Under the pieces are notes generated by a model, which was not told where the DNA came from, searched no databases, and worked only from the letters and a program-made list of their open reading frames with translations. The position numbers were made by a program, and so were the translations under genes. DNA of 64,000 bases from contig CAWIGG010000004.1 in NCBI GenBank assembly GCA_963835575.1, forward strand, positions 288,001-352,000. Direction: 5' to 3'. This stretch comes from an uncultured Spirochaetota bacterium (lineage in GTDB: Bacteria; Spirochaetota; Brevinematia; Brevinematales; JAOACQ01). Shown in pieces: positions 9,879 through 20,716 of this stretch (its first letter is position 1; each line of letters begins with the position of its first letter).

Positions 9879-10661
9879 TTACGTCGCTTTAATATACCTA
9901 ATCAGTTCCGATGTTTCTTTCAGCATATTATTTATAACACTCCCTCCCAGATCCACAAGCGAAGGCAGTAAAAGCCAGATAACGAAAAACCCTATAAAAA
10001 GCTTTAAATTAAAGCCCATGATCATAACATTAAACTGCGGCGCAACCCTTGATATAATACCCATTGCCATATCCATTAAAATGGTCACCCCGATGATGGG
10101 CAATGAAACTTTAAGACCGATATCAAACATGGTCATAACCGCAGAAACAAAACCCTTCATCAAAACCCCGAATGACTGCAGGGTTAATACCTGCGCTGTT
10201 TTAAAACTGTCCACCATTAACTGGAGCATAAAGAAATGGGCGTCAACCCTCAAAAGCAGCAGTAAAATAAGGACTCCAAACACATTGCCGATGGCCGGTA
10301 CCTGTGTCTCAGAAATCGGGTCAAACACTTCATTCATTCCAAGGCCCATCTGAATGCTGAATATCTGCGCCGAAACCTGAAAAGATGAAACAATGATATA
10401 GATAAACAAACCAATTCCCGCCCCAAAAACAAAACTTGTGAGTGTCTTAATACCGAAATCCATCAAATCGGCCGGTAATTTGACGCCCATTCCTATAACC
10501 AGAGGAACAGCAATCAGGCTTGTAAAAAAGCCCAGCGCCAGCTTGAAGCGCATAGGCATGGCAAGGCCGGAGAAAAAAGGCGCAGTGACAAACAAACCGA
10601 TCATCCTCACCAGAATAATGAGGAACAGCTCAAAATATTTTACAACATACTCATAAAGCAT
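9879..10661 (-). CDS. fliR: Flagellar export protein FliR
   Basis: Hydrophobic; 'QMGLG', 'SRVAPQFNV'; operon position. Confidence 0.95.
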   Translation of the reverse strand: MLYEYVVKYFELFLIILVRMIGLFVTAPFFSGLAMPMRFKLALGFFTSLIAVPLVIGMGVKLPADLMDFGIKTLTSFVFGAGIGLFIYIIVSSFQVSAQIFSIQMGLGMNEVFDPISETQVPAIGNVFGVLILLLLLRVDAHFFMLQLMVDSFKTAQVLTLQSFGVLMKGFVSAVMTMFDIGLKVSLPIIGVTILMDMAMGIISRVAPQFNVMIMGFNLKLFIGFFVIWLLLPSLVDLGGSVINNMLKETSELIRYIKAT

Positions 10662-10698
10662 ACTAAATTATTTCCTCTCAATGCCCTGCCTGCCCCCT

Positions 10699-10968
10699 CT
10701 ATATTTTAGCCCTCGCGATCAAATCAAAAAGATTTTTTGTAAAGTCCACCATATTATTCACAAAAAAAGGCCCTGCGACTACCATCAGGAGAAGTATGAC
10801 AATCATTTTGGGCACAAATGTCAGCGTCTGCTCCTGGATCGAAGTCGTCGCCTGGAAAATACTGACTATAAGCCCCACAACCATGGCGGCCCCCAGGAGG
10901 GGCACGCTCAGGATAAGTATCTCATACATGGTCTGGTTCAGGATGCTTAAAACCAATCCCTGGCTCAT
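10699..10968 (-). CDS. fliQ: Flagellar export protein FliQ
   Basis: 'GLIVSIFQATTSIQEQTLTFVPK'. Confidence 0.97.
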   Translation of the reverse strand: MSQGLVLSILNQTMYEILILSVPLLGAAMVVGLIVSIFQATTSIQEQTLTFVPKMIVILLLMVVAGPFFVNNMVDFTKNLFDLIARAKI

Positions 10969-10978
10969 ACTTCCTCTC

Positions 10979-11746
10979 CTATGTCCTGAAGCTTAAAATC
11001 AGTTTTTCCACCAACAGGTCCCAGCCGTCTACAAGGAAGAACAATAAAATCTTCAAAGGGAATGATATCATGATCGGGGGCAGCATCATCATTCCCATCG
11101 ACATCAAAACGCTTGCAACAACAACATCAATGATCGTAAAAGGAATCAGTATCAGCATGCCCATGTAAAAAGACAGGGTCAATTCATTTAAAATAAAAGC
11201 GGGTATCAGCACATAAGTCGGCACATCTTCCGGCCCTTTGGGCCTTTCAACCTTGGACATTTTTATAAACCGGTAAATATATCTTTCCGCTGTTTGATGG
11301 AACATAAATTCCCTGACCGGCTGAATCGCCTTGGTAAAACCGTCATTGAGCGTCATCTTTCCATCCAGATAAGGCCTCACGCCCTCCTGGTATGACCTGT
11401 TAAACACCGGGAACATAACAAACAGGCTGATAAATAGGGAAAGGCTGATAATGATCTGGTTAGGGGGAATATTCTGAGTGGCCAGGCCTCTGCTGACAAA
11501 AGAAAGAACAATGAAAATACGGACAAAACTTGTTAATACAATCAGTAAGGTCGGGGCCAGGCTGATGACTGTGATAAGGAACAATACCTGAAGTGATAAC
11601 GCAACCTGCCTGGGCGTTTTGGCCTCTTGAATGTTAAAATTAAGCGTCGGGATCGGTATATTCTGACCGGCTCCCGTCTGTTGAGCGTTTACAGGCGCTG
11701 TGAATAAGAAAAAGGAGAATAGAAAAAACACCGCACTTTTATTCAC
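10979..11746 (-). CDS. fliP: Flagellar export protein FliP (GTG start after GGAGG)
   Basis: 'TSFVRI', 'PPNQ', 'MSMGMMMLPP', 'DGW'; RBS upstream of GTG at 11746. Confidence 0.96.
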   Translation of the reverse strand: MNKSAVFFLFSFFLFTAPVNAQQTGAGQNIPIPTLNFNIQEAKTPRQVALSLQVLFLITVISLAPTLLIVLTSFVRIFIVLSFVSRGLATQNIPPNQIIISLSLFISLFVMFPVFNRSYQEGVRPYLDGKMTLNDGFTKAIQPVREFMFHQTAERYIYRFIKMSKVERPKGPEDVPTYVLIPAFILNELTLSFYMGMLILIPFTIIDVVVASVLMSMGMMMLPPIMISFPLKILLFFLVDGWDLLVEKLILSFRT

Positions 11747-12150
11747 AAATCCCCTCCCAATCCTGCAAACCCAAAAAGCACAGGCAGTGCGTAAATGTGC
11801 AAAACAAAGCATATAGTAGAATTTTTACTACTACTACATTATATTATTACTTATGTCAAAAAAAAATGCAAGGGTTTTGCAAGAAATATTTTTAATGAAA
11901 ATATTGGGGCGAAAGGAGATAAAGAGGGAGAGGTTTTTATGTAGAAACAGGTTCAAAGAGCGATTTTGAGAAAATTTAAAACTTTTTATCAAATTCTATC
12001 AAAGAGTCCTTTTTGCAACTCATTTTATTATATAGAATTAAGAAATTTGCCGTATCATCATTAAAAACCCCCGCCTCCATTAGAAAACAGACAGACATGC
12101 TCCGCAGGGGACAGGGAATATTTATGATATTCAATCTGTATGGAATTATT

Positions 12151-13116
12151 TCATTTAAATTGAATATTTTTTATATAAAGTTTTCCTGAAACAGCGGATA
12201 TCGGCTCAAAACGGATGCACTTGATCTTTGTGAAATCCACTCCGGAAAACTAGCTCAAACTGACTGTACAATTTGTGTATGAGCTTGCCGGAATACCAGC
12301 AACCGTGTTTGTTTTAGTTGAAGTTCCATCGGTAAAATAACGTCCACACTGCCGGTATCACACTGTATGCTGAATATAACGCTTGTGTAAGCAGATATAT
12401 TAACGACAGTGCTGTAATCCTCGGCAGTTTTGTTCAATATGAAACCCAGTCCATTAGCATTGGCTCCGTTATTATAGTCTAGCTCGTCATTATATATTGT
12501 TTTACTTAATGATGTATTTGCATACCACATAACTGTTCAATCCTGCTATCCTGTTTGTTGCAGAACTGCCGGTATTATAGAAAAAAATATTTGAAATTGA
12601 AAAACTATATGGATTGCCTGCTGTATGAAATAGAACTATATTTGTAATCTTAGTGCTGTCATAACCAGAACCAGGAACAAAGCTGCCTAACGCAATTTCA
12701 TAACTTGCAAAACCTGTTGTGTTGATTTGAAAATTAGAATATGCATTAGTAGTACCTAAAGCATCATTGCATAAATTAATTCCACCGTATCCTAACTGTG
12801 AACTCTTAATCTCAAAGTGAATACGATTAAATGGTGTTAAATCCAGGCCTAGACAGGAACCGTTAGAATATTTGTCAATATATTTAGTCAAACCAGCATA
12901 TGTATTAGTAGTTGAGTTGAAATTCAATCCCTGCTAAACATAGCAATGGTAATTTGCCGGATAAGAATAAATTTTATCACCTGTTACATAGTAAGTGTTG
13001 TCAACCGGGCCCGAAGAAGAACTGGATCCTGAGCTCGATGGGCCGTTTTGGCACCCCGACAGCAGGACCGCCGCCAGAGAGCACAGCAACAAACTAATTA
13101 ATGATTTCTTCATCAT
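12151..13116 (-). pseudogene. Decayed lipoprotein with two CIA30/CBM11-like beta-sandwich domains
   Basis: Lipobox LLSGC and Ser-rich linker; in-frame TAG at 12934-12936; frameshifts near 12535 and 12340; second TAG near 12250; ends 'FSGVDFTKIKCIRF..GKLYIKNIQFK*'. Confidence 0.75.
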
Positions 13117-13347
13117 ATGCCTCCTTTATTTTACTATCCAGAATACATTTATAAATAATATACCTCTGGAGTTCAATAAAATTGCAATGCAAGTCAAAAT
13201 AAATTCTCATAGAAATCCCGAATGATAAAAAAGTTGATCTTGAATAATAAGTTGATTGAAAGTTTTATTTTATCCGAGAGGCCTCTTCAGAAGAAAAGAC
13301 AGGCAACCGGAATTTATATAATTTACCGAAAAGATTTATTCCTTAAA

Positions 13348-14198
13348 CTAAACCATTTCCTTTTCAAATATTTCTTTCCAGGGTATGCCTGGGCTGAGCG
13401 TACCCGATTCTAAATGCGTTCCGACAGCCGGTACCGGCACCCAGAGCCTCCATTTTTTCCCAAAAAGATTCTGCTTCCAGCAATGTATCCAGGAATTCTT
13501 GATCATTCCCAAAAACAACTTTTCACCGCCCAGCCAGCGGAAAAAATAACGTAAAACAGCAAATGGATTAAGTATATGGCTTTTAGTCAGGCTGATCCAG
13601 ACGGCATTGTCCAGATTTCCTTTAAAATAGGTCATAAACACATTTTTTGTCTTCGCAAGAACTTTCTTTGAGGTTAGAAACGTGAGGCAGGTCGTCGCAG
13701 CGGTCTGCCAATGTTTATTCCCGTAAAACAGGATGTTTTTATTCAGGGTCACATGAAAATCCATAAAATAATAATCATTATGGTCGTACGGAGTAACAAA
13801 GTGCGCTTCTGGACAATTCTTCGCAAAAAGCACCATCTGTTCAAACTCATCAGGCAGATAAAAATAATCATCTTCGGCAAAATACACTAATTCCGAATAT
13901 TTCTGTTTGAGAAGAAGCTCAATCTGCATTTTGAAAGTTCCATGATTGCCGCAATGATCCAGACTGATCAGATCCAATTCTTCAGATGTGAAATATTTTT
14001 TAAATAAACTCATATATTCCGGCGGACAGGAATCCAGCAGAACAATCATTTTGACTTTCAAACTTCCCAGGGACCTGCGGAGAGATTTTAAACAGAACTC
14101 GGACAATTTGAGCTTATCCTTGGGATAGACTTCCGGTGTTTTTGATACTTTGGGATATATTCTATAGGCTATGGTAATGTCTCTTTTTTTTCTGACAT
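13348..14198 (-). CDS. GT2-like glycosyltransferase, frameshifted at an A8 tract near the start
   Basis: 'VYFAEDDY' motif; RBS plus ATG at 14198 joins the main ORF (MSEKKRDITIAYRIYPK...) only if the A8 at 14184-14191 were A9. Confidence 0.75.
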
Positions 14199-14255
14199 AA
14201 ACGGCTCCTTATTAAATTATAAATAGTAAAACTATTCCCTGAGACACATCGTCCA

Positions 14256-15719
14256 TCAGCCTTTAAGCTGGGCATTCAAACCCTGGATTTTTCTTATAAT
14301 CATAATTGCAAAAACATCCCTTCTGAATAATAAAAATAATCCGTAAGTCAGCAAAGTGAAGACACCGGCCGTCCCCAGAATAATAAAAGGATTCATGCTG
14401 ATCAAACGGGCCAGGATGACGCCGGCAATGACAAATAAAATGCCGGCGAAGTAATTGAAGCTCATAGGATTAATGAACCGGAAATTCAAGTATTTCCTGC
14501 CCAGATAAAGCTGGCTGAAGAAAACCGCCGTTTCCGAGATGAGAATGGCAATAGCGGTCCCATTCTGCTGAAAACGGGGAATGAGCAGCAGATTGCAGGT
14601 CAAATTCACAACGGCCCCGATACAATTTGAGATCAGCATCTTTTTTTCCTGGCTGTTCGGAATCAGCACCTGGAAACCCAGGAATGAATCCAGACTGGTA
14701 ATAAGCAGGATCGGACAGATGAGCATCAGGGAAAGCGACCCGCCGATGAATTTATCTCCGCCGAAAACACTGAGTATTTCATTGGATAATAACAATATCG
14801 CCGTAATCGCCGGAATTGACAGAAAGTATATAAAATTGATGGATTTCTCCGCCAGATCCCGGTAATCCTTTGAACGGTTGTTTTTTATATAATAGGACAG
14901 CCGGGGCACAAGCACTGTTCCCAGAGATACCACAAATGTTATCGCCAGCGTAGTGAGCTTCCTATCCATCACATAGTAGCCGACAGCTTTATCATTGCTC
15001 ATAAAACCGAGCAGCGTTGTATCCAGAATATTATAGACGCTCCCGACAATTCCGGTCAGTATTAAAAAAAGCAGGGGTTTGAAATGCTTTCTGAATTCAA
15101 GGCTTTTCAATTTCAAATCCGCATATTTGCCTACCATAAGCATGTTCCATATATTAGAACCGCTCAAGGCCAGCACCAGTATTCCCGCATACCAGACATA
15201 ATCGGCCGCTTTATGGATACACAGGAATATCAGTATAAATGAGACCAATTTAAAAACCAGGCTGCGTACAGTTATGAAACCATAATTTTCCATCCCCTGA
15301 TAAAACCAGTCAATTGAAAACGCCGTTAAAATTATGTTGACGCCAAAGACAATATAAAGAGATAGTTCGGAGCGCATTTTTTCCACAAATAAAAACATTC
15401 CCGCATACATTGTCAAAGAAACAAGTGTCGAAGCCAGCCCGATCATAAAAAGACTTGAAAAAACACGGCTTCGCGCCGGCCGGTCTTCCCGGTAAAACGC
15501 TATTTCACGGGTCCCATAAAGCGGTATCCCGAATGTTGCAAGCATAATAAAGTAATTGGAAATTGAATTAGCCAGGCCGAATTTCCCCAGTCCTTCCGGG
15601 CCGATTATCCTGGATATATAAGGAAAAGTAACCAATGGAAAAAGGATATTCATAACAGTCAATAATGTATTGAATATATAATTCCGGCTGATGGAAGGCT
15701 GTTTTTTACTGCTGATCAT
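14256..15719 (-). CDS. wzx: Wzx-type polysaccharide flippase
   Basis: 'NYIFNTL..LFPLVTFPYISRI.GPEGLG', many TM segments, 'AVGYY'. Confidence 0.92.
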   Translation of the reverse strand: MISSKKQPSISRNYIFNTLLTVMNILFPLVTFPYISRIIGPEGLGKFGLANSISNYFIMLATFGIPLYGTREIAFYREDRPARSRVFSSLFMIGLASTLVSLTMYAGMFLFVEKMRSELSLYIVFGVNIILTAFSIDWFYQGMENYGFITVRSLVFKLVSFILIFLCIHKAADYVWYAGILVLALSGSNIWNMLMVGKYADLKLKSLEFRKHFKPLLFLILTGIVGSVYNILDTTLLGFMSNDKAVGYYVMDRKLTTLAITFVVSLGTVLVPRLSYYIKNNRSKDYRDLAEKSINFIYFLSIPAITAILLLSNEILSVFGGDKFIGGSLSLMLICPILLITSLDSFLGFQVLIPNSQEKKMLISNCIGAVVNLTCNLLLIPRFQQNGTAIAILISETAVFFSQLYLGRKYLNFRFINPMSFNYFAGILFVIAGVILARLISMNPFIILGTAGVFTLLTYGLFLLFRRDVFAIMIIRKIQGLNAQLKG

Positions 15720-16528
15720 ACATTTTTCCTAATTGTAATATAAATCAGAAATACCCTGCGCATAAGCCATTTTTTTGTCCTTTCCCATAAGCTGATTTTT
15801 TTGGGATGGCTCATCTCTTTTGAATCGGGATGGATGTAGACAGCTTTTTTATACACAATCCTGAATTTCGAATGAGTCCGCATATAGCTATCCACCCTGC
15901 TTTCATAGATTCGGTTTATATAAACCAGCAGATATCTCAGGCTCATCAGATGAAAATAACGGTAGATTGGCCTGTAAAAATCCGCTTTTCTACCCAGATA
16001 TATCTGATCTGAAAACCCATAACCGATCAGGAAATCCCCGGTTTCCTGAAAAGATTCCTTTCTGCAATCATCCAAATTTTTCGTCCAGGCTGGACAGGCG
16101 GTAAAATAACTTGTTTCTCTCTCCATTTCTATTATCGAGGGAGAAATCCAGTCTGTTTTCTTCGCCAGAGCAATATCGCTGTCCCAGTGCAGAAAATATT
16201 CCGAACGGCACACCTGGAGCATAACATATTCCCAATCGGAGTACCAGGGAATCCTACCCAGTTCTTTTTTTTTCAACCCTACTTTTTTAAGCGCCGTCTC
16301 TATATGATCTTCAACAAAATAAAAGTCATTAATAACTTTTTTCCTCACAATTTTTTCCGCCAGTTTAGAAACCGCCATCCGGTCGCTTACATTGCCGATG
16401 ACGACAAAAACATTCTTGAATGAAAACCTGTTCCTGTCTATTATGTTTTTTATAAAATCCGGGTCTAAAACTTTCCTGTAAGTTTTTTCATAGCAGTTTA
16501 TAATCAGATCCACATCATAGCGGCTCAT
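15716..16528 (-). CDS. Putative glycosyltransferase (GT-A fold)
   Basis: 'YFLHWDSD' DxD motif, 'GFSDQIYL'; stop overlaps the wzx start. Confidence 0.65.
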   Translation of the reverse strand: MSRYDVDLIINCYEKTYRKVLDPDFIKNIIDRNRFSFKNVFVVIGNVSDRMAVSKLAEKIVRKKVINDFYFVEDHIETALKKVGLKKKELGRIPWYSDWEYVMLQVCRSEYFLHWDSDIALAKKTDWISPSIIEMERETSYFTACPAWTKNLDDCRKESFQETGDFLIGYGFSDQIYLGRKADFYRPIYRYFHLMSLRYLLVYINRIYESRVDSYMRTHSKFRIVYKKAVYIHPDSKEMSHPKKISLWERTKKWLMRRVFLIYITIRKNV

Positions 16529-16907
16529 TTTTAATTCACCATCCTCTAAACGAAAATTTATCATTTATTTTATTGAAAAAACAAAACCCCGGCGCATATT
16601 TTAATGCTAAAGGAAAAAATCTGTCAAAAAAAGAGGTTTTTACAGATTTAGTTCTTTATTGCCTGAATAGAACTTAAGAAAATTTTAATAACTATAATCT
16701 GCAAAAAACAGCCGCCCAATTACATGGAACAGTACAGAATTCAAGTTTTTTGTGTTTTCAGGGGGAAAGTTTTTCATCCAGCGGATCATCTATTTTTGCG
16801 TCCTTTAAAGATTCCTGATCAGCTTAAGAATGCAGCCGAATAATCACAAAGCAATAATAAATTGAGCTAAATTTAAAATGACCGCTTTTCTCTGTTATTA
16901 TATTTTT

Positions 16908-17543
16908 TTATATTTCGCGGATCACAGCCCGGGCCGGCGCTCCGTCGCTGTTTAGAATCCTCAAGGGAAGACAGATCATTTCATAATTGCCGGCCTTAAT
17001 CCCGCATAAATTCAAACCCTCGATGATCCAGACCCCGGTTTTTAAAAGCGCTTGATGTGTTTCCAGACTTTCCTTTTCAAACCCTCCGACAGATAGATAA
17101 TCTATCCCGATGACTCGGACTTTGATTCGGGCCAGATATTCCGCAGCTTCTTTTGAGACATAAACAAAATCTTCCACAAACCTGTTTTTCTTCCAGCATC
17201 TTCCGGAATTCAATGTCTTGAATAAAATCCGTTCGCCTTTTCCGATTTTATGCTTTTTGAGCTCAGAGGGTATAATTGATTTTCTGTTATTAATCTCGAT
17301 CACCCTTGCCGGACCTATTACCGCTTCCAGCGGCAGCTTATCCAGGCTTTTGCCTTTTTTTAGAAAATGCAAGGGCGGATCCATATGGGTCCCGGTATGC
17401 GAACACATTGAGATAAGAGAAACATTGCATGGAGAACCTTTTTTAATATCCCATATCCGCTCGCTGTAGAAATCCTGGTCGCCCGGCCAATGGACCATGT
17501 CGTTATAAAGCGGAACACTGATATCTTTCCACTCCCGGCTCAT
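16908..17543 (-). CDS. Cyclase family metal-dependent hydrolase (kynurenine formamidase-like)
   Basis: HTGTHMDPPLHF, GIDYLS, 'IIEGLNL', 'DGAPARA'. Confidence 0.92.
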   Translation of the reverse strand: MSREWKDISVPLYNDMVHWPGDQDFYSERIWDIKKGSPCNVSLISMCSHTGTHMDPPLHFLKKGKSLDKLPLEAVIGPARVIEINNRKSIIPSELKKHKIGKGERILFKTLNSGRCWKKNRFVEDFVYVSKEAAEYLARIKVRVIGIDYLSVGGFEKESLETHQALLKTGVWIIEGLNLCGIKAGNYEMICLPLRILNSDGAPARAVIREI

Positions 17544-17720
17544 ATTTGCGCACCCCTTTGATTCCATTATTTTATACTGTATCATTTATAAATATACATA
17601 AACCTTTCCATATTGTAAAGAAAGATCTGATTATAACTGTCCGAAAATATAAAGAAAACTGACTGCTATTTCAAAAAAAATATAAAAAGCGGTTCTAATT
17701 CATTCAGTATAAGCATCCAG

Positions 17721-20207
17721 TCAGAACCTGCTCGAAAAGAAACTCTCCGCTTCGCGGATGATCTGTTTTAAACTTCCGCTGATCAATTTTGCCGGCGGCA
17801 GGGAATTAAGAAAGATCGGCCCGTAGCGCTTTGTTTTAATGCGGTGGTCCATTATGGCGATCACGCCCTTGTCGGTCTTGCTGCGGATGAGCCGGCCCAT
17901 TCCCTGCTTCAGCCGCAAGACGGCCCTCGGGACGCTGTAATTGATAAAGGGGTTCATGTCCTTGAACTCCAGCAGATTGACCTTGGCCTTATAGATCGGA
18001 TCGGCCGGCGAGTCGAAAGGCAGTTTTTCGATGATGACGCAGCGGAGATTGTCGCCCTGGATATCGATCCCTTCCCAGAAGCTGGACGTGGCGAAAAGGA
18101 CCACATTGGGATTTTTGCTCATCTTTGAAAGAAGCTCGTCCCTTGGAAAATCGCCCTGCTTGAGCGGGAGCAGCCCTTCATCGCTCAATTCCCCGTTTAA
18201 AATCTCGAATGTTTTATTCAGCCGGACATAGGATGTGAAGAGGATCAGAACGCCGCCCTCGCTCATCAGGGACAGCTCTTTGATCAATAGGGTTTTTTCC
18301 TCCGTGACACTGCCATGGTCCAGGTCTTCCTCGAGGATATAAATTTCCGCCTGCTTTGTATAATCAAACGGGGAAAGAAGCCGGACCTCAATTTTCTCCT
18401 TGTTGGTCGCGAGCTGCAGCCCGACGCTGGTTTTAAAATAATCGAACTTATTATTGATCATCAGAGTGGCGGACGTAAAGACAGTAAAATCCTTTCTTGA
18501 GAAAAGGGAATTGGCCAGAAAATCGCCTACTTCCAGCGGGCTGTAATGAAACCGGATATTTTTCTTTGTCAGCTCTATCCACTTGACAAAATTGATCTCA
18601 TTCTCTGTATTAAAGATCAGGTCATACACTTCCCGGGCGTTCACAAGGCTTTTCATCCGGTAGCCGATGGACTGGATCACTTCCAGCGCCTCATGATGGA
18701 CCGCAACATCCTTCAGCCTTCCCGCGAACTGCTCAAAATGCGTCGTAAAATGTCCGATCTGCTTGAAAAGCAAGGAAGCCGCGTCAGATAACGCCTCATA
18801 GGCCGGGCTTTTTATAAACTCCTCATCCAGGCCGACCGAATTGGATTCCTTCGTCCATTCTTTTAAAAGCTCCACCGCGTCAAACATAAAATCCGCCAGC
18901 GCATGAAGCAGGTCCTTATGCATCTTTAAAAGCTCCTCATAAGCCTGCGCCAGTTCCACATGGGCATCTATATTCCCTTTCCTGTTCAAAAGGACAAACA
19001 GGCCGTACCCTTTCCCTTTTTTTAATGTGTAGAGTTTTCTGAGCTGATAGAGAAGCGACTGGATGGAAAAATCCTTGGAGAGGGATTTCAGCGCCACATC
19101 CTCCAGGTGATGCGCCTCGTCAAAAACGATGCCGGAAAAAAAGGGGAGCATGCTCCGATGGCTTGCTTCATCGATCATGCTGAAGACAAGGGAATGGTTG
19201 ACAATGACGATGTTGGACTTTTCAGCCTGAAGCCTCGCCCGGTAATAAAAACAATCCCCGTAGTACTGGCATTTTCTGCGGCTGCAGATGATCGAATCGC
19301 AGGCCACTTCCTCCCAGACTTCATCGCTGACATAGCTTCCGAATTCGCCGATCGTTCCTTCCTGGCAGGTGCCGCTCCATTCCTCGATATCAAAAATAAT
19401 CCGCCAGTGCTCATCCTCGCCGAAAAGCGTGTCCTGCTTTTCCTTGTCTCTGATGAGGTCCTGAATCTTCTTTTTACAGAGATAATTTCCCTTTCCGATC
19501 AGCACGGAATAGTGAACATCTTTTTTCAGGTATTGATAGACAACCTTCTCCACAATGAGCATGTCCTTTCCGGCTATCTGCTGCTGAAGATTGATCGTCT
19601 GCGTGGAAACGATCACTCTCTTTTTATTCTCAACGGCCCAGATGGCCGCCGGAATAAGATAGGAAAGCGACTTGCCGGTCCCTGTGCCGGCTTCAGAAAT
19701 AAGAATATCCGATTCATTCACCGCTTCAATTACTCCCGACACAAGCTTGATCTGTTCCTCACGCGGCTCAAAATAGGCGATATTTTTGGAAAGGAGCCCG
19801 TCCTCCTCGAAAATATTTTTTATTTCCTCATCCTTGATATAAACGCGCGCCTCTGGCTTGAATACGATGTTGACATACTTGCACTGATTATCGATGATGT
19901 AAAAGCCGATCTTTTTATTGGCCAGTTCCGTGGCCAGCTGGATGTCGTTTTCAGAGGCCCTGAGGTTGTCGCCGTCGCTGTCGTCGCCCGGGTGGTTATG
20001 GATCAGGACATCCCCCTGCAGGGTGTCCATCAGAATGACCGGGGTCGAATTCTCATTGCCGTAGGCAAGCGGCTCGACCTCATAAACGGCGCCGGACCTG
20101 TCGACATTCCCGACAAACGAGACTTCCTGTCCGGCGTTTTTTTCAATCTCGCCGGCGATATAGTCAATCGCTTCAGGCGTAAAGCATTCTACGGCAAGCT
20201 TTTTCAA
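17721..20207 (-). CDS. dinG: DinG/YoaA-family Fe-S helicase with N-terminal JAB/MPN-like domain
   Basis: EAGTGTGKS, DEAH, FWEGID, QGMGRLIR; Fe-S Cys cluster; N-term E..HNHP..S..D. Confidence 0.92.
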   Translation of the reverse strand: MKKLAVECFTPEAIDYIAGEIEKNAGQEVSFVGNVDRSGAVYEVEPLAYGNENSTPVILMDTLQGDVLIHNHPGDDSDGDNLRASENDIQLATELANKKIGFYIIDNQCKYVNIVFKPEARVYIKDEEIKNIFEEDGLLSKNIAYFEPREEQIKLVSGVIEAVNESDILISEAGTGTGKSLSYLIPAAIWAVENKKRVIVSTQTINLQQQIAGKDMLIVEKVVYQYLKKDVHYSVLIGKGNYLCKKKIQDLIRDKEKQDTLFGEDEHWRIIFDIEEWSGTCQEGTIGEFGSYVSDEVWEEVACDSIICSRRKCQYYGDCFYYRARLQAEKSNIVIVNHSLVFSMIDEASHRSMLPFFSGIVFDEAHHLEDVALKSLSKDFSIQSLLYQLRKLYTLKKGKGYGLFVLLNRKGNIDAHVELAQAYEELLKMHKDLLHALADFMFDAVELLKEWTKESNSVGLDEEFIKSPAYEALSDAASLLFKQIGHFTTHFEQFAGRLKDVAVHHEALEVIQSIGYRMKSLVNAREVYDLIFNTENEINFVKWIELTKKNIRFHYSPLEVGDFLANSLFSRKDFTVFTSATLMINNKFDYFKTSVGLQLATNKEKIEVRLLSPFDYTKQAEIYILEEDLDHGSVTEEKTLLIKELSLMSEGGVLILFTSYVRLNKTFEILNGELSDEGLLPLKQGDFPRDELLSKMSKNPNVVLFATSSFWEGIDIQGDNLRCVIIEKLPFDSPADPIYKAKVNLLEFKDMNPFINYSVPRAVLRLKQGMGRLIRSKTDKGVIAIMDHRIKTKRYGPIFLNSLPPAKLISGSLKQIIREAESFFSSRF

Positions 20208-20300
20208 TTATGGCTCCTATGGGATAGATGTTCTTGAAATGCTGTTTATATTATAAAGGATTTCGTTTGGATTTGCACTATTTGTAATAGCCCAATTAAG

Positions 20301-20413
20301 CAGGATCAGCAGGATAACGCAGGATTTTCAGGATTTTATAATTCCTTTATGTAATATCCGATTGTTCACGCGGATGACACGGATAAGTCGGATTTTATAG
20401 GATTTAGTTTTAC
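20301..20413 (+). repeat. 9-10 nt periodic (CGGAT/CAGGAT) repeat module (family B)
   Basis: caggat x4 then cggat x3; inverted counterpart at 23018-23072 (16/16 taggatttagttttac); similar modules at 40195 and 40798. Confidence 0.75.
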
Positions 20414-20716
20414 TTTTAGGAACCTTATTGCTTTTACTCAATTTACGGAATTTAATAGGACACTCGGGGACGGGGATTTTAGGGTGGCTACGCCAGTTAT
20501 ACAAAAAGCGTCATTGCGAGTCAAAAAACCCGAACAATGCCAATATTTGTCATACGAAGCAATCTGTCTGCAAATTAATGATTCTAAATTCATTGGCAAG
20601 ATTTCGCCTGCGAACAAATGGTTGAGCAGAGAGTATGACTCTTAAAATACAGCTTTCCTTTTTTTTCCCTGTCTGGCATAAGATTCCTTTCTTATTTTGA
20701 AAATATTATTTTTTTA

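Noticed and set aside
11750..11830. Riboswitch (e.g. c-di-GMP) in the fliP leader
   Set aside because: No GEMM or other recognisable aptamer consensus
12250..12936. Amber recoding (pyrrolysine or alternative code) in the lipoprotein gene
   Set aside because: The gene also has frameshifts, and TAG is used as a normal stop elsewhere (eno, mod, dxr)
19107..20237. 376-aa plus-strand ORF
   Set aside because: Antisense shadow of dinG; no recognisable motifs
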